NCBI RefSeq assembly: GCF_964194155.1
Contig: NC_135887.1
Location: 24,056,001-24,120,000, forward strand
Source of the DNA: Cetorhinus maximus
Lineage: Eukaryota
Direction: 5' to 3'
DNA: 64,000 bases
Numbering within the stretch: the first letter of the stretch is position 1; each line of letters starts with the position of its first letter. The notes below the pieces were generated by a model that worked only from the letters and a program-made list of their open reading frames with translations, was not told the DNA's origin and did not search any database. Shown in pieces: positions 49,008 to 60,833 of this stretch. A program made the position numbers and the translations under genes.

Positions 49008-51164
49008 TTGGTTGGAAGCTGGTTCCGACCTTCTTTCTTTAAATTGTGCCTTAGTGCTGCAGAATTGATTAAAACGTCCAGTTTTGCCTCAGAGAAAGAA
49101 TTCGGCTCTCCCTGCTGAGCACTCATCATGGTGATGCTGCATTTTAGTGCCACATCTGCAACATTTTAAAACAGTTGGAAGGGTTCTTCCCGGCCTTTCG
49201 GCAGCTTTGGTGGGCTTTTTTTGCAGGCTTTTCAGTGCATGGGGTTCCCAACTTTGGGCCTACATACTAGATCGGCCCTTCCGGCTGAAGTACACCCTGA
49301 TTCTGATTTCGCAGCTCCACTTCCCTTGCAAACTGTTTGGCCTTCTCTAGTGTTAAATCCTCCTTGGTTTGCAAGAGGACCGCCAGCACCTCATCGAACA
49401 TTTGATTACAATGTGGTCACAAATTAAATCACATTTCAAAGCTCTGTCGCTGAAACTACTGGCCAGTCTAAACAAGTTGTTAATAAATTAATCGATGGAT
49501 TCACCTGGCCTCTGGCTCCTCTCGTTGAATCTCACCCGTTCAATAACCAGATTCGTCTTAAGGCTGAAGTAATAATTGAAGGCCCTCAAAACCTCCTGTA
49601 GGACGCGGAGATCTCCTCGACTCCTTATCTCACCAGGACATTATCCGCTAAGGTCCCAATCACATTCAAAATAATAGTGACCTGGTGTTTTTGTGCCCTC
49701 ACTGGTAAGCCTGAAGCTGTTTGGCACCTTTCAGACAGTTGCCAATAGTGCTCCCATCTCTGTACCTGCTGTGGACCCTCAACGTGTTGGAAAGGTTGTG
49801 AAAGGGGTAATGTCTGTTCAATGGCTGTAACCATCATGAGTGCTTCATTCACTATCCCTATCAGGATACACCTTATTTCTGTTCTTCTTCTTTGTGAAGT
49901 TGAGCTGTTCCTAGGTCTTCACTCATGGATTATCAATCTGGGGTCTCAGTTTCCTTAACCTGCAGCCTCTGCCACTATGTTTCGGGCTGCCACAGTGTTT
50001 GCGCTGTCACTGTGGTTTGGCTTGAAGCCCTTTACTTGTATTGTCTTCTGGCTCAATGAAGTTTCTCTTACTCTATGAGTGATTTGGAGATAGTTGGTAT
50101 TTAGTTTTTCTCAAAACTGTTTATATACACTATATACATCCAAGGCCTCATGGTAAGTACAATGTTTTCTGGACACAGAACGTTCTGTGTCTTGTTCCCT
50201 TGGAGTCTCTTGGTCATCTGACCCTGATGTCGTACTTACATCATTACTAACATCATTGTCTAATTAACATAACCATTAACCCTTTACTCTACAGACAGCA
50301 TCTTCTTCCTTGGTAAAGACAGGTTGAAACCTTCATTTAGTACCTCAGCCATGCCCACTACCTCCATGTGTAAATCGCCTTATTGTTCCCTGATCAGCCC
50401 CCCACCCCCCACTCCCCCACTTTTACCATCCTTTTACTATTTATATGCCTATAGAAAACTTTGGATTCCTTTTATATTAGCTGCCCGTCTCTTCTCTTAC
50501 CCTCGCTTTGCCTCTCCTATTTCCTTCTTCATTCCCCCTCTGAACATTCAATTTTCAGCCTGGTTCTCACTAGTATTATCCACCTGACATCTGACATGCT
50601 CACCATTTTTTCTGCTTCACCTTCCTCTTCATCTTATCTCGTTTGTCATCCAGGGAACTCTGGCTTTCGTTGCCCTATCTTTCTGCCTCGTGGGAATATA
50701 CCTCGACTTTACCCAAACTATCTCCTCTCTAAAGAGAGAGCCCATTGTTCATTTTGCCTAATCTAGGATTACAAGTTAACCTGGGCCAGATCTGAAGCTG
50801 GACTTGCCCCTGTTAATTAGTTTTACTCCGGATTGCTCCTTGTCCTTTTCCATAGCTAACCTGTCCTGTCCCTGTCCCCCAAAAGTGCCCCTACTGACAC
50901 CTGATTCACTTGGCCCACCTCATTCTCCAGTACCAGATCCAGCATTACCTCCTTCCTCATTGGAATGGAACATACTGATGTTGAAAATTCTCCTGAACAC
51001 ACTCTAGAAACTCTTTCCTCTCTCTGTCCTTTACACCATTAGCACCCAATCTATCTTCTGATAATTAAAGGCTCCCGTTCTAACTACATTACTCTCTGTA
51101 AATTCCCTGCAAATAAATTCTTCAATGTCTTTCCTGTGAGTGGGTGGCCAATAGAATACACCAG

Positions 51165-51783
51165 GGGCAGAATGTTTAGATCGGTGGCGCGGGTGCGATT
51201 GGCAGTTCGGGGATTGGCCGGGGTACAGACCGCTGACCGCGATCAGACCCCAACCGTGATTTCATGCTAGCTGGCCAATTAATGGCCAGCCAGCGTGAAA
51301 CACGCGCTGAGAAGCTCAGCGTTGCTGGGGTCGGGGTGGGAAGAGGGTAGCCGCTGATGTCAGCGCGGGTGAGCACCGACAGAAATCTCCCTGAAGTCAA
51401 AAAACGTCCAAACACCACAATCAGTCACCTGAACATATACACGTTAAAAATGCTGTCCATAGGTTTTTCTTTTTCTTTCATTTAACAACAGAAACCTCAT
51501 GCCACTCATGGATGAGGTTTCATGAAAAATACAAAGTCCGCCTGGTCGATTCTCCCATCCGCCAACCGTAAGGTTGGACGGGCAATGTAAAATTAAAGAC
51601 AATTGCGTCATTGGCTGCTTAATCGTCGGCAGGTGCACTTCCGACTTTTGTGTGTGCCCGCTGACCAAAATATTGAGCGAGCGCAGGATGACGTTGGGGC
51701 ACTCGCCCGAGGTCATCTCGTGCGGTTTTTCACGTTGGAGCGAGTCGGGTGCGCGCCCGCCCACCGAGCTAAAAATTCTGCCC
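51165..51783. mobile_element. PIF/Harbinger-type MITE
   Basis: TIR GGGCAGAAT(G/T)TTTAG(A/C)TCGGTGG at both ends; 3-bp TSD CAG; CpG-rich non-coding interior. Confidence 0.85.
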
Positions 51784-52244
51784 CAGTTGTGTAATGTACC
51801 TCGATTGTTACTCAGCTCTAACCAAATAGATTCTGTTCCTGTCCCCTCGAGCACAGTCATATTCTCCTTCATCAATACTGCCAGCCCTCCTCCCAGCATC
51901 ACCAGCATACAAATCAAGCAATATAGCGAAGGGTTAAGGGCAAAATTTTTAGATGATAGAAATGGGCTTGATCTGGGGTGGTGGGGGCGGGGGTGCAGAA
52001 ATGCAAAGATCGAGGGCTGTGAAGGGAGAGCAGATAGGGAAAGATTTACTCTGTTGTTACGACTGCAGCTGATGTTGTGCTGAGCAAGCTGGATCTCAGA
52101 TTAAAATCCATCTCAGCCGATCATAACTTTTTTTCTGTATTGTAGAAATGAGGAGAGAAAGCTACTGAACGCAAAAGCACAGGGCTCCAGTGAAAATTTG
52201 AAGAATTAAAATGCGCATTAACAGAAAAGGAAAAATGAATAAAA

Positions 52245-53850
52245 CTTTTTTTTAATTCATTCACGGGATGTGGGCTTTGCTGGCTGGGCCAGAATTTATT
52301 GCCCATCCCTAATTGCCCTTGAGAAGGTGGCGGTGAGCTGCCTTCTTGAACCGCTGCAGTCCATGTGGTGTAGGTACACCCACAGTGCTGTTAGGGAGGG
52401 AGTTCCAGGATTTTGACCCAGTGACAGTGAAGGAACGGCAATATATTTCCAAGTCAGGATGGTGAGTAACTTGGACAGGAACTTCCAGGTTTCCATCTAT
52501 CTGCTGCCCTTGTCCTTCTGGAAGGTGCTGTCGAAGGAGCCTTGGTGAATTCCTGCAGTGCATCTTGGTACACACTGCTGCTATTGTGCATCAGTGGTGG
52601 AGGGAGTGAATGTTTGTGGAAGGGGTGCCAATCAAGTGGGCTGCTTTGTCCTGGACGGTGTCAAGCTTCTTGAGTGTTGTGGGAGTTGTACTCATCCAGT
52701 CAAATGGGGAGTATTCCATCACACTCCTGACTTGTGCTTTGAAGATGGTGGACAGGCTTTGGGGAGTCAGGAGGTGAGTTGCCCAACGCAGGATTCCAAG
52801 CCTCTGACCTGCTTTTGTAGCCACAGTATTTATATGGATAGTCCAGTTCAGTTTCTGGTCTGATGATAACCCCCAGGATGTTGATAGTGTGGGATTCAGT
52901 GATAGTAATGCCATTGAATATCAATCAGAGATGGTTGGATTCTCTCTTGTTGAAGACGGTTATTGCCTGACACTTGTGTGGCGCAAATGTTACTTGTCAG
53001 CACAAGCCTGGATACAGTCCAGATCTTGCTGCATTTACACATGGACTGCTTCAGTATCTAAGGAGTCGTGAATGGTGCTGAACATTATGCAATCATCAGC
53101 AAACATCCCCACTTCTGACCTTATGATGGAAGGAAGGTCATTGATGAAGCAGCTGAAGATGGTTGGTCCGAGGACACTACCCTGAGGAACTCCTGCAGTG
53201 ATATCCTGGAGCTGAGATGACTGAGCTCCAACACCCACAACCATCTTCCTTTGTGCTAGGAATGACTCCAACCAGTGGAGAATTTTCCCCCTGATTCCCA
53301 TTGACTCCAGTTTTGCTAGGGGTCCTTGATGCCACACTATGTCAAACACGTCCTTGATGTCAAGGGCAGTCACTCTCACCTCACCCATGGAGTTCAGCTC
53401 TTTTGTCCATGTTTGAACCAAGGCTGTAATGAGATCAGGAGCTGAGTGGCCCTGGTGGAACACAAACTGGGTGTCAGTGAGCAGGTTATTGCTAAGCAAG
53501 TGCCGTTTGATAGCACTGTTGATGAGCCCTTCTATTACTTTACTGGTGATTGAGAGTAGACTGTTGGGGCGGTAATTGGCCAGGTTGAATTTGTCCTGCT
53601 TTTTGTGTACCGGACATACCTTGGCAATTTTCCACATAGCCAGGTAGATGCCAGTACTATTGCTGGAATATTGTCAGGGGCCATAGCCTTTGCAGTTTCC
53701 AGTGCCTTCAGCCATTTCTTGATATCATGTGGAGTGAATCGAATTGGCTGAAGACTGGCATCTGTGATGCTGGGGACCTCCGAAGGAGGCCAAGATGGAT
53801 CATCCACTCGGCACTTCTGGCTGAAGATTGTAGCAAATGCTTCAGCCTTA
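52245..53850 (-). mobile_element. CR1-group LINE ('HHLLKGN' family), RT-containing fragment
   Basis: WKIAKVCPVHKK...ANYRP...ALDIK...GVPQGSVLGPTIFSCFINDLP...MFADDC. Confidence 0.9.
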
Positions 53851-53948
53851 ACTTAAACACACACAATATAAAAGATACGCAGTTAGAAAAAAAATCTTCC
53901 AAAATAAGCCCCAAAATGCTTTATCAAACATACACAGTCAAACACTAG

Positions 53949-56133
53949 GATAAAAACAAAATACTGCGGATGCTGGAAATCTGAAATAAAAACAGAAAAT
54001 GCTGGAAAAACTCAGCAGGTCTGACAGCATCTGTGGATCGGCACTTCTATCTCCTCCCTAAAATCCACAAACAGGACTGTCCCGGCAGACCCATCATGTC
54101 AGCCTGTTCCTGCCCCACAGAACTCATTTCTTCCTATCTTGACTCCATTCTCTCTCCCCTTGTTCAGTCTCTTCCCACCTACATCCACAATTCTTCTGAT
54201 GCCCTACGTCATATCAACAATTTCCAATTCCCTGGCCCCAACCGCCTCCTCTTCACCATGGATGTCCAATCCCTCTACACCTCCATCCCCCACTGAGATG
54301 GTCTGATGGCTCTCTGCTTCTTCCTCGAACAGAGGCTCGAACAATCCCCATCCACCACCACACTCCTTCATCTGGCTGAACTTGTTCTCTCACTGAACAA
54401 TTTCTCCTTAAACTCCTCTTACTTCCTCCAAATAAAAGGTGTGGCTATGGGTACCCACATGGGCCCCAGTTATGCCTGTCTCTATGGGGTATGTGGAACA
54501 TTCCTTGTTCCAGTCCTACTCAGGCCCCCTCCCACAGCTCTTTTTTTGGTCCATCGATGACTGTTTCAGTGCGCTTCATGCTCTCGCCTGGATCTGGAAA
54601 AATTTATCAATTTTTCTTCCAATTTCCATCCCTCCATCATTTTCACATGGTTCATCTCCAACACTTCCCTTCCTTGACCTCTCTGTCTCCATTTCTGGTG
54701 ATAGACTGTCCACCAATTTTCATTACAAGCCCACCGACTACAGCTCCTCACACCCCGCTTCCTGTAAGGACTCCATCCCATTCTCTCAGTTCCTTCGCCT
54801 CCGTCGCATCTGTTCTGATGATGCTGCTTTCCAAAACGGCGCTTCTGACATGTCTTCCTTCTTCCTTAACTGAGGTTTCCCACCCACAGTTGACAGGGCC
54901 CTCAACCGTGTCCGGCCCATCTCCCGTGCCTCTGCCCTCACACCTTCCTCTCCCTCCCAGAACCATGATAGGGTTCCCTTATCCTCACTTTTCACCCCAC
55001 CAGCCTCCGCATTGAAAGGATCACCCTCTGCCATTTCCGCCAACTCCAGCATGATACCACCACAAAACACACCTTCTCCTCACCCTCCCTGTCAGCATTG
55101 CGTAGGGACCATTCTCTCTGGGACACCCTGGTCCACTCCTCCATCACCCCCAACACCTCATTCCCTTCCCATGACACCTTCCCATGCAATTGCAGAAGGT
55201 GTAACACCTGCCCTTTTACCTCATCCCTCCTCACTGTCCAAGGGCCCAAACACTCCTTTCAGGTGAAGCAGCGCTTCACTTGCACTTCCCTCAATTTAGC
55301 CTACTGCATTCGCTGCTCCCAATGCGGTCTCCTCTACATTGGAGAGACTAAACACAGACTGGGTGACCGCTTTGCGGAACACCTTCAGTCTGTCTGCAAG
55401 CATTACCCAGACCTCCCTGTCGCTTGCCATTTCAACACACCACCCTGATCTCATGCCCACATGTCTGTCCTTGGCCTGCCGCAATGTTCCAGTGAAGCTC
55501 AGCGCAAACTGGAGGAACAGCACCTCATCTTCCGATTAGGCACTTTACAGCCTTCCAGACTTAACATTGATTTCAACAACTTCCGACCATGAACTCTCTC
55601 CTCCATCTTCACCCCTTTTATAATCCAATTTTTAAAAATTTATTTTTATTTTTTATCCACTTATTTTCATTTTTATTTTTATTCATTTATTCATTGTTTT
55701 AACCCCTTTTGTATCCCCTTTTCTATCCCTTCTTCTATCCTTTTACCCCACCCCACCCCCAAAAGGGGCACCTGTTACTCATTCCATGTTGTTCTTTCAC
55801 GGAATGCTGACCCTTGTTCTGCTATTAACACATTCTGCTTTCTGACCATTCTGTTACTCTCAGCACCTCCTTTAGCCCTTACCACTACCATTAACATTTC
55901 CTTTGTCTTGTGTCCATGACATCTTTGTCAAGCTCTCCTTAGCCCCCACCTATCGCTGACCTTCTATCCAGCTTCACCTGCTTAAGGGGGGTGGGCCCTT
56001 AAACTGTAGAAATTTCATCACATTTCTGTTTAGCTCTGAAGAAGAGTCATACGGACTTGAAGCATTAACTCTGTTTCTCCCTCCACAGATGCTGTCAGAC
56101 CTGTTGAGTTTTTCCAGCATTTTGTTTTTATTT
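53949..56133 (+). mobile_element. Penelope-like element (RT and GIY-YIG remnants) with inverted 5' pseudo-LTR piece
   Basis: FYLLPKIHK...GRPI; MDVQSLYTSIP; GVAMGT; IDD; YCIRCSQCGLLYIGET; degenerate hammerhead at 56032-56070; 53949-54037 is an inverted copy of the 3' end. Confidence 0.92.
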
Positions 56134-57157
56134 TAGTACACAATCAAACTATCTTTTTGGCAACAGCACTTATAGATTCTTAACCATAAAATCCAGGAAA
56201 TATTACCCAAACCGAGAAATTGCTTTCACTTTAAACAGAAGTACAATCCACGACTTCCCAGAACAAACCCACACTGATGTGGGTTTTCAAAAGGGAGATT
56301 TAAAACAAACGGTTTCTCAGGATAAATATTCTCCTGGTCCAGAACTGAGCTGCTTTCTTCATTAAAAAGATTTTCACAGCGTAATGTTCGTGTTTAATGT
56401 TTAAGCTTTTTTCTGTAAAAGAACATTTTAGTTAAAAAGAATTGTAATATAAAACCTGACAGTAGGGTGTGCTAAGTCCTGGACGTATTGCCCCCTGGTG
56501 GAGAATAAGGAATAAAGGAACTTTCTGTTTCTCATACAGGAAGTTGGAGCTCGGAAGCAGATAGCTGTGTGTGTATTCTTAATTGTTAAGGAGTGACAAA
56601 ACACTTCACACAGTTTTTCAGCACACTCCAAAACACCAGAGTTGGCCTTCAGTGGGACTCCCCACACAGCAGCTACTACAGCTGAAACCCAGTTTTCATA
56701 ATCACTTTTTCACCCCTTTCATGTTAGTTTTCCATTCTCTTTAAAAATGTTTCTAAAAGCTCAGGTTCCCAAATATCAAAACCTTTCATGCTCCTATTTT
56801 ACTTCTATTTTGGATCAATAAAATTTAAAACACTGACTCCTGTTTACTTACAAATCTCTTGTCAAATGCAAATATTCTCACCTTTGGGACCTCTTCAAAA
56901 TGTAACAGCTACCAATCAATTTCAAAACTTATCCCCAAATGCTAATTTCAATATCTACTCTGTTTCCTTGTAAATGAACACCCACCATAAGGCTTCACTA
57001 GAAAGGCCTCATCCCTGAGATTCTACAGACAATCTGACTCCAACAATCTCACCTTTAATTAACCCTGGACACACACAGCTTACCCTTATGTATACAGAAT
57101 ATATACATAAACACAGCAATATAAAAATATTCACATACCATCAAACTGTATCCAGAC

Positions 57158-57463
57158 GGTGCTGTACCTGTCCTGGGAGTGTTTGATGGGGACAGTGTAA
57201 AGGGAGCTTTACTCTGTATCTAACCCCGTGCTGTACCTGTCCTGGGAGTACTTTGATGGTGACAGTGTAGAGAGAGCTTTACTCTGTATCTAACCCCGTG
57301 CTGTACCTGTCCTGGGAATGTTTGATGGGGACAGTGTAGAGGGAGCTTTACTCTGTATCTAACCCCCTGCTGTACCTGTCCTGGGAATGTTTGATGGGGA
57401 CAGTGTACGGGGTGCCTTATTCTGTATCGATCCCTGTGCTGTACCTGTCCTGGGAGTGTTTGA
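57158..57463. repeat. 69-bp minisatellite, about 4.5 units
   Basis: Same unit as the other arrays. Confidence 0.93.
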
Positions 57464-57987
57464 AATAGAGAGTGTTCTGTTTCCATATTCTCCGTTCTAA
57501 TGTCCTTTAGTCAGATTAGCAAAACAAAAATGTGCAGACAATGCTGGGGTGTAATTCTGAATGATATAAATGATGAAATGTGATATTTTTGTGTGAATGT
57601 ATATGATTAAATTACAATCGCACACCCTGCTTTTGACAAGGAGATGTAATTTTCTGCTCCTTAGCATCAAGAATGATAAGATGCTGTAATCCCCATCCTA
57701 ACGAGTCAGCACGTGGATCATGACCTATACTTTACCGAACCTCAGCCTTGGCTAATGATCTCTCACTGAGGCCCCACCTACTGTTTAAGAATCAGTTTGT
57801 GAGTGGGATGTGATGCTTCATCAGTCGTTGGCTGATTCATAATTCTTGGGTCTGGGTGCTCCTGTCCTCGAGCTGCCCTTCTCCCTTCAGCAGTGTTATT
57901 TAATTGCAGTCTAGAGCATGAGTTCTCAAATTCTTAGCTTCTGCGTATCCTCCCCATCGTTATAAATATTCCATCGACTCCCTCATA

Positions 57988-58316
57988 GGGACAGTGTGGA
58001 GGGAGATTTACTCTGTATTTAACCCCATGCTGTACCTGTACTGGGAGTGTTTGATGGGGACAGTGTAGAGGGAGCTTTACTCTGTGTCTAACCCCGGGCT
58101 GTACCTGTCCTGGGAGTGTTTGATGGGGACAGTGTAGAGGGAGCTTTACTCTGTATCTAAACCCATGCAGTACTCCTTCATCACTGGCCCTCAAATAGTG
58201 CAGCACACCCTCAGTACTGACCCTCTGACAGTGCAGCACGCCCTCAGTATGCCCTGCCAACAGGGCAGCACTCCCTCAGTACTGACCCTCCGACAGTGCA
58301 GCACTCCCTCAGTACT
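57988..58316. repeat. Composite array: about 2.5 units of the 69-bp repeat joined to about 4.5 units of the 33-bp repeat
   Basis: Direct junction near 58165. Confidence 0.88.
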
Positions 58317-59303
58317 TAATTTCCAACTTTCGTAATTTACTGCAGTGTGAACCTTCATTATCTGGTCATTCTCCCATTGCTGTCCGTGGGGTCTTGCTGT
58401 GTGTAAAATGCCTGCTGCCTTTCCTACCTTACAACAGTGACTCCATTTCCAAAATACCTCATTGGCTGGAAGGTCTTTGGCCTGGCCTGTGCTGGTGACC
58501 AGCCCCATTCACCTCACCCTGTTCGCTGCTCCCTCACTCTCTGAGGGAGTCAGGCATTGCAGGGTGAGTGAGGCACACCCAGGGTCTCTGAGCAACCCCC
58601 CTCACCAACGTTCCTCACGGGGACATAAACAATAAGAGCTGGAACTGACCATTCGGCCCCTCCACCTGCTCCACCATTTGGTAAGATCATGGCTGATCTG
58701 ACTGTGACTTTAAGGCCACTTTCCTGCCTTAACCCTTGCCTCCCTGGTCTGTCTAACTCAGCCCTGAATATATTCAATGACCCGGAGAGAATTCCAAACA
58801 CAAACAACCGCCTGGGAGAAGAAATTCCTCCTCGTCCCTGTCTGAAATGGGAGCCCTGTTATGTTGTAACCCCCAGTGTCAAACCCCCTGACAATCTTAC
58901 ATATTTCACAAGATCACCTCTCATTCTGCTGCAGTTCAGTGGGTCAGGACCCAACCTGCTCAACCTTTCCTCACAAAGACAAACCCAACTTCCCCAAGCC
59001 CGGAACCAGCCTGGTGAAGCTTCTCTGAATCCCACCCAGTGCGAGTCTATCTCTCCTTTAGTGAGGAGAGCAGGACTGGACACAGGGCTCCAGGTACCAG
59101 CTCCCCAGCCTGAGCCCAGCGCCCCAATAACCCCGGTGTCTGCGGTCAAAGAGCCGGAGCCCAGAGAGTTCCCGCTTAGTTATTAACCAGAGAGCAGAGA
59201 GTGACTGTGTTCAGACTGACCGCGGGGGTGAACAGCGAGAGGCTCAGCCTCCGCCAATATCTCTCAGTCTGGTCCCCGGGGGGGTTGAAGCGGCGGCTGG
59301 GAC

Positions 59304-59414
59304 ATGGAGCCAGTGAGTGAGTGGATCCGACACCGGTTCCCCGCGGTGGAGAATGTTTGTTCGGACACAGTGGAGCAGCTGCTGAAGGAGAATCGGGAAC
59401 GGCTGTTGCTGCTG
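59304..59414 (+). CDS. First coding exon of a probable single-domain rhodanese/sulfurtransferase gene; later exons not found in this window
   Basis: CpG-rich context, in-frame upstream TGA, Kozak gacATGG, MEPVSEWIRHRFPAVENVCSDTVEQLLKENRERLLLL then phase-0 donor |gtgagt. The sequence resembles the 'W.r.rFP.V..is...l...l.....lllD.R' N-terminus of rhodanese domains. Confidence 0.65.
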
Positions 59415-60368
59415 GTGAGTGAGTGAGTGAGTGAGTGGCTCCCGCTCCACCCTCCCAGTCAGGGCAGCTGTTCGACTGGGGGAGGAATCGCTGAGGGATT
59501 GGGGGATCTGAGCTGGGGGGGGAGTGGGCAGCTCTTGGTGTTGGACAGGAGGAGGTTGGGTAAAGAATGGGCTGGGGAATGGGGCAGAGATTGTCCCCTC
59601 AGAGCCACTTTGCACATGGACATGGCAGGGGGTGGGCAGGAGAATGAACTTCGTCCTCCCTATAGGACATTCTGGAATTGAATTGTGGAAGTGAAAGGTT
59701 GAAGTTGCTGCTGCTCCAGTGATAAACACTGGCTGGATGTTGGCCATCCCTTCAGCCTGTTGGTCTGGTGCAGGTTCAGCTGGTTTATCTTAAACTGTTT
59801 AAGCCCTGCAGCAAAAAACTGGGCCACAGCAATGTGAGTGCTGAAGATTTTCACTCTTCATTCACTGGGGCCCTCAGATGGGCATTTCCTCCATCAGTAG
59901 TTATCCAGTTGCCTCAGACCAGTGCTCAGTGCTTCCCCCAACTCGAACCATCACTTGCCCAACTGAGTCAGGAAAGGCCCCTGCTTCAGGCCGGCCTGTG
60001 CTGGGTAACTGCAGCTCCATGGAGTCACTCGTTGGGGCTGGCTTGGCTCTGCCACCTTCACCTGAGGCTTTCTCCGAGGGCCCCTGGGAGTGGAGGAATC
60101 AGCAACCGAAACTTGGCTTGCTCTCATTCAGCTTTCAAGGTCTGACCTAATCGAGGGATAAGATTTGAAAATAGACGGCTGTGTGCGAAATGATTAACTG
60201 GTGCAGAGCTCTCTGACTGGCCTGTCAATGGAAAGCAGTCCAGGAGATCTCACGGACACAGTACCGTATTTGTTAATAGTAAAAGGGTTGGAGAGGGCAG
60301 GTAGAGGGAATCTATTTCCTCTGCTGGGGGGTGTCCAAAACAAGGGGCCTGGTTGGGTTTTGAAATGC

Positions 60369-60692
60369 AACAGTACCACATGTCCTAAACAGTACCACGT
60401 GTCCTAAACAGTACCACGTGTCCTAGACAGTACCACGTGTCCTAAACAGTACCACGTGTCCTAAACAGTACCACGTGTCCTAAACAGTACCACGTGTCCT
60501 AAACAGTACCACGTGTCCTAAACAGTACCACGTGTCCTAATCAGTACCACGTGTCCTAAACAGTACCACGTGTCCTAAACAGTACCACGTGTCCTAAACA
60601 ATAGCACATGTCCTAAACAGTACCACGTGTCCTAAACAGTACCACGTGTCCTAAACAGTAGGACATGTCCTAAACAGTACCACATGTCCTAA
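60369..60692. repeat. 19-bp minisatellite, 17 units, 13 with a perfect CACGTG
   Basis: Unit AAACAGTACCACGTGTCCT. Confidence 0.95.
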
Positions 60693-60832
60693 GATAAAAG
60701 CAAAATAACGCGGTTGCTGGAAATCTGAAACAAAAACAGAAAATGTTGGAAAAACTCAACAGGCCTAACAACACCTGTGGAGAGAAAGACAGAGTTAATG
60801 TTTCGAGTCTGTATGAGTCTTCTTTAGAGCTA
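60693..60832 (-). mobile_element. Solo PLE pseudo-LTR with degenerate hammerhead
   Basis: Same family as 5263-5392; core reads CUAAAGA...GAAA-CAUU. Confidence 0.75.
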
Positions 60833-60833
60833 C

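Larger units (their letters stand above)
42317..50293 (-). mobile_element. Old LTR retrotransposon (LTRs 42317-42611 and 49978-50293) hosting nested insertions
   Basis: Two ~300-bp direct repeats with TG...CA ends; PBS-like tagtggcag after the 5' LTR and purine tract gtgggaga before the 3' LTR on the minus strand. Confidence 0.75.
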
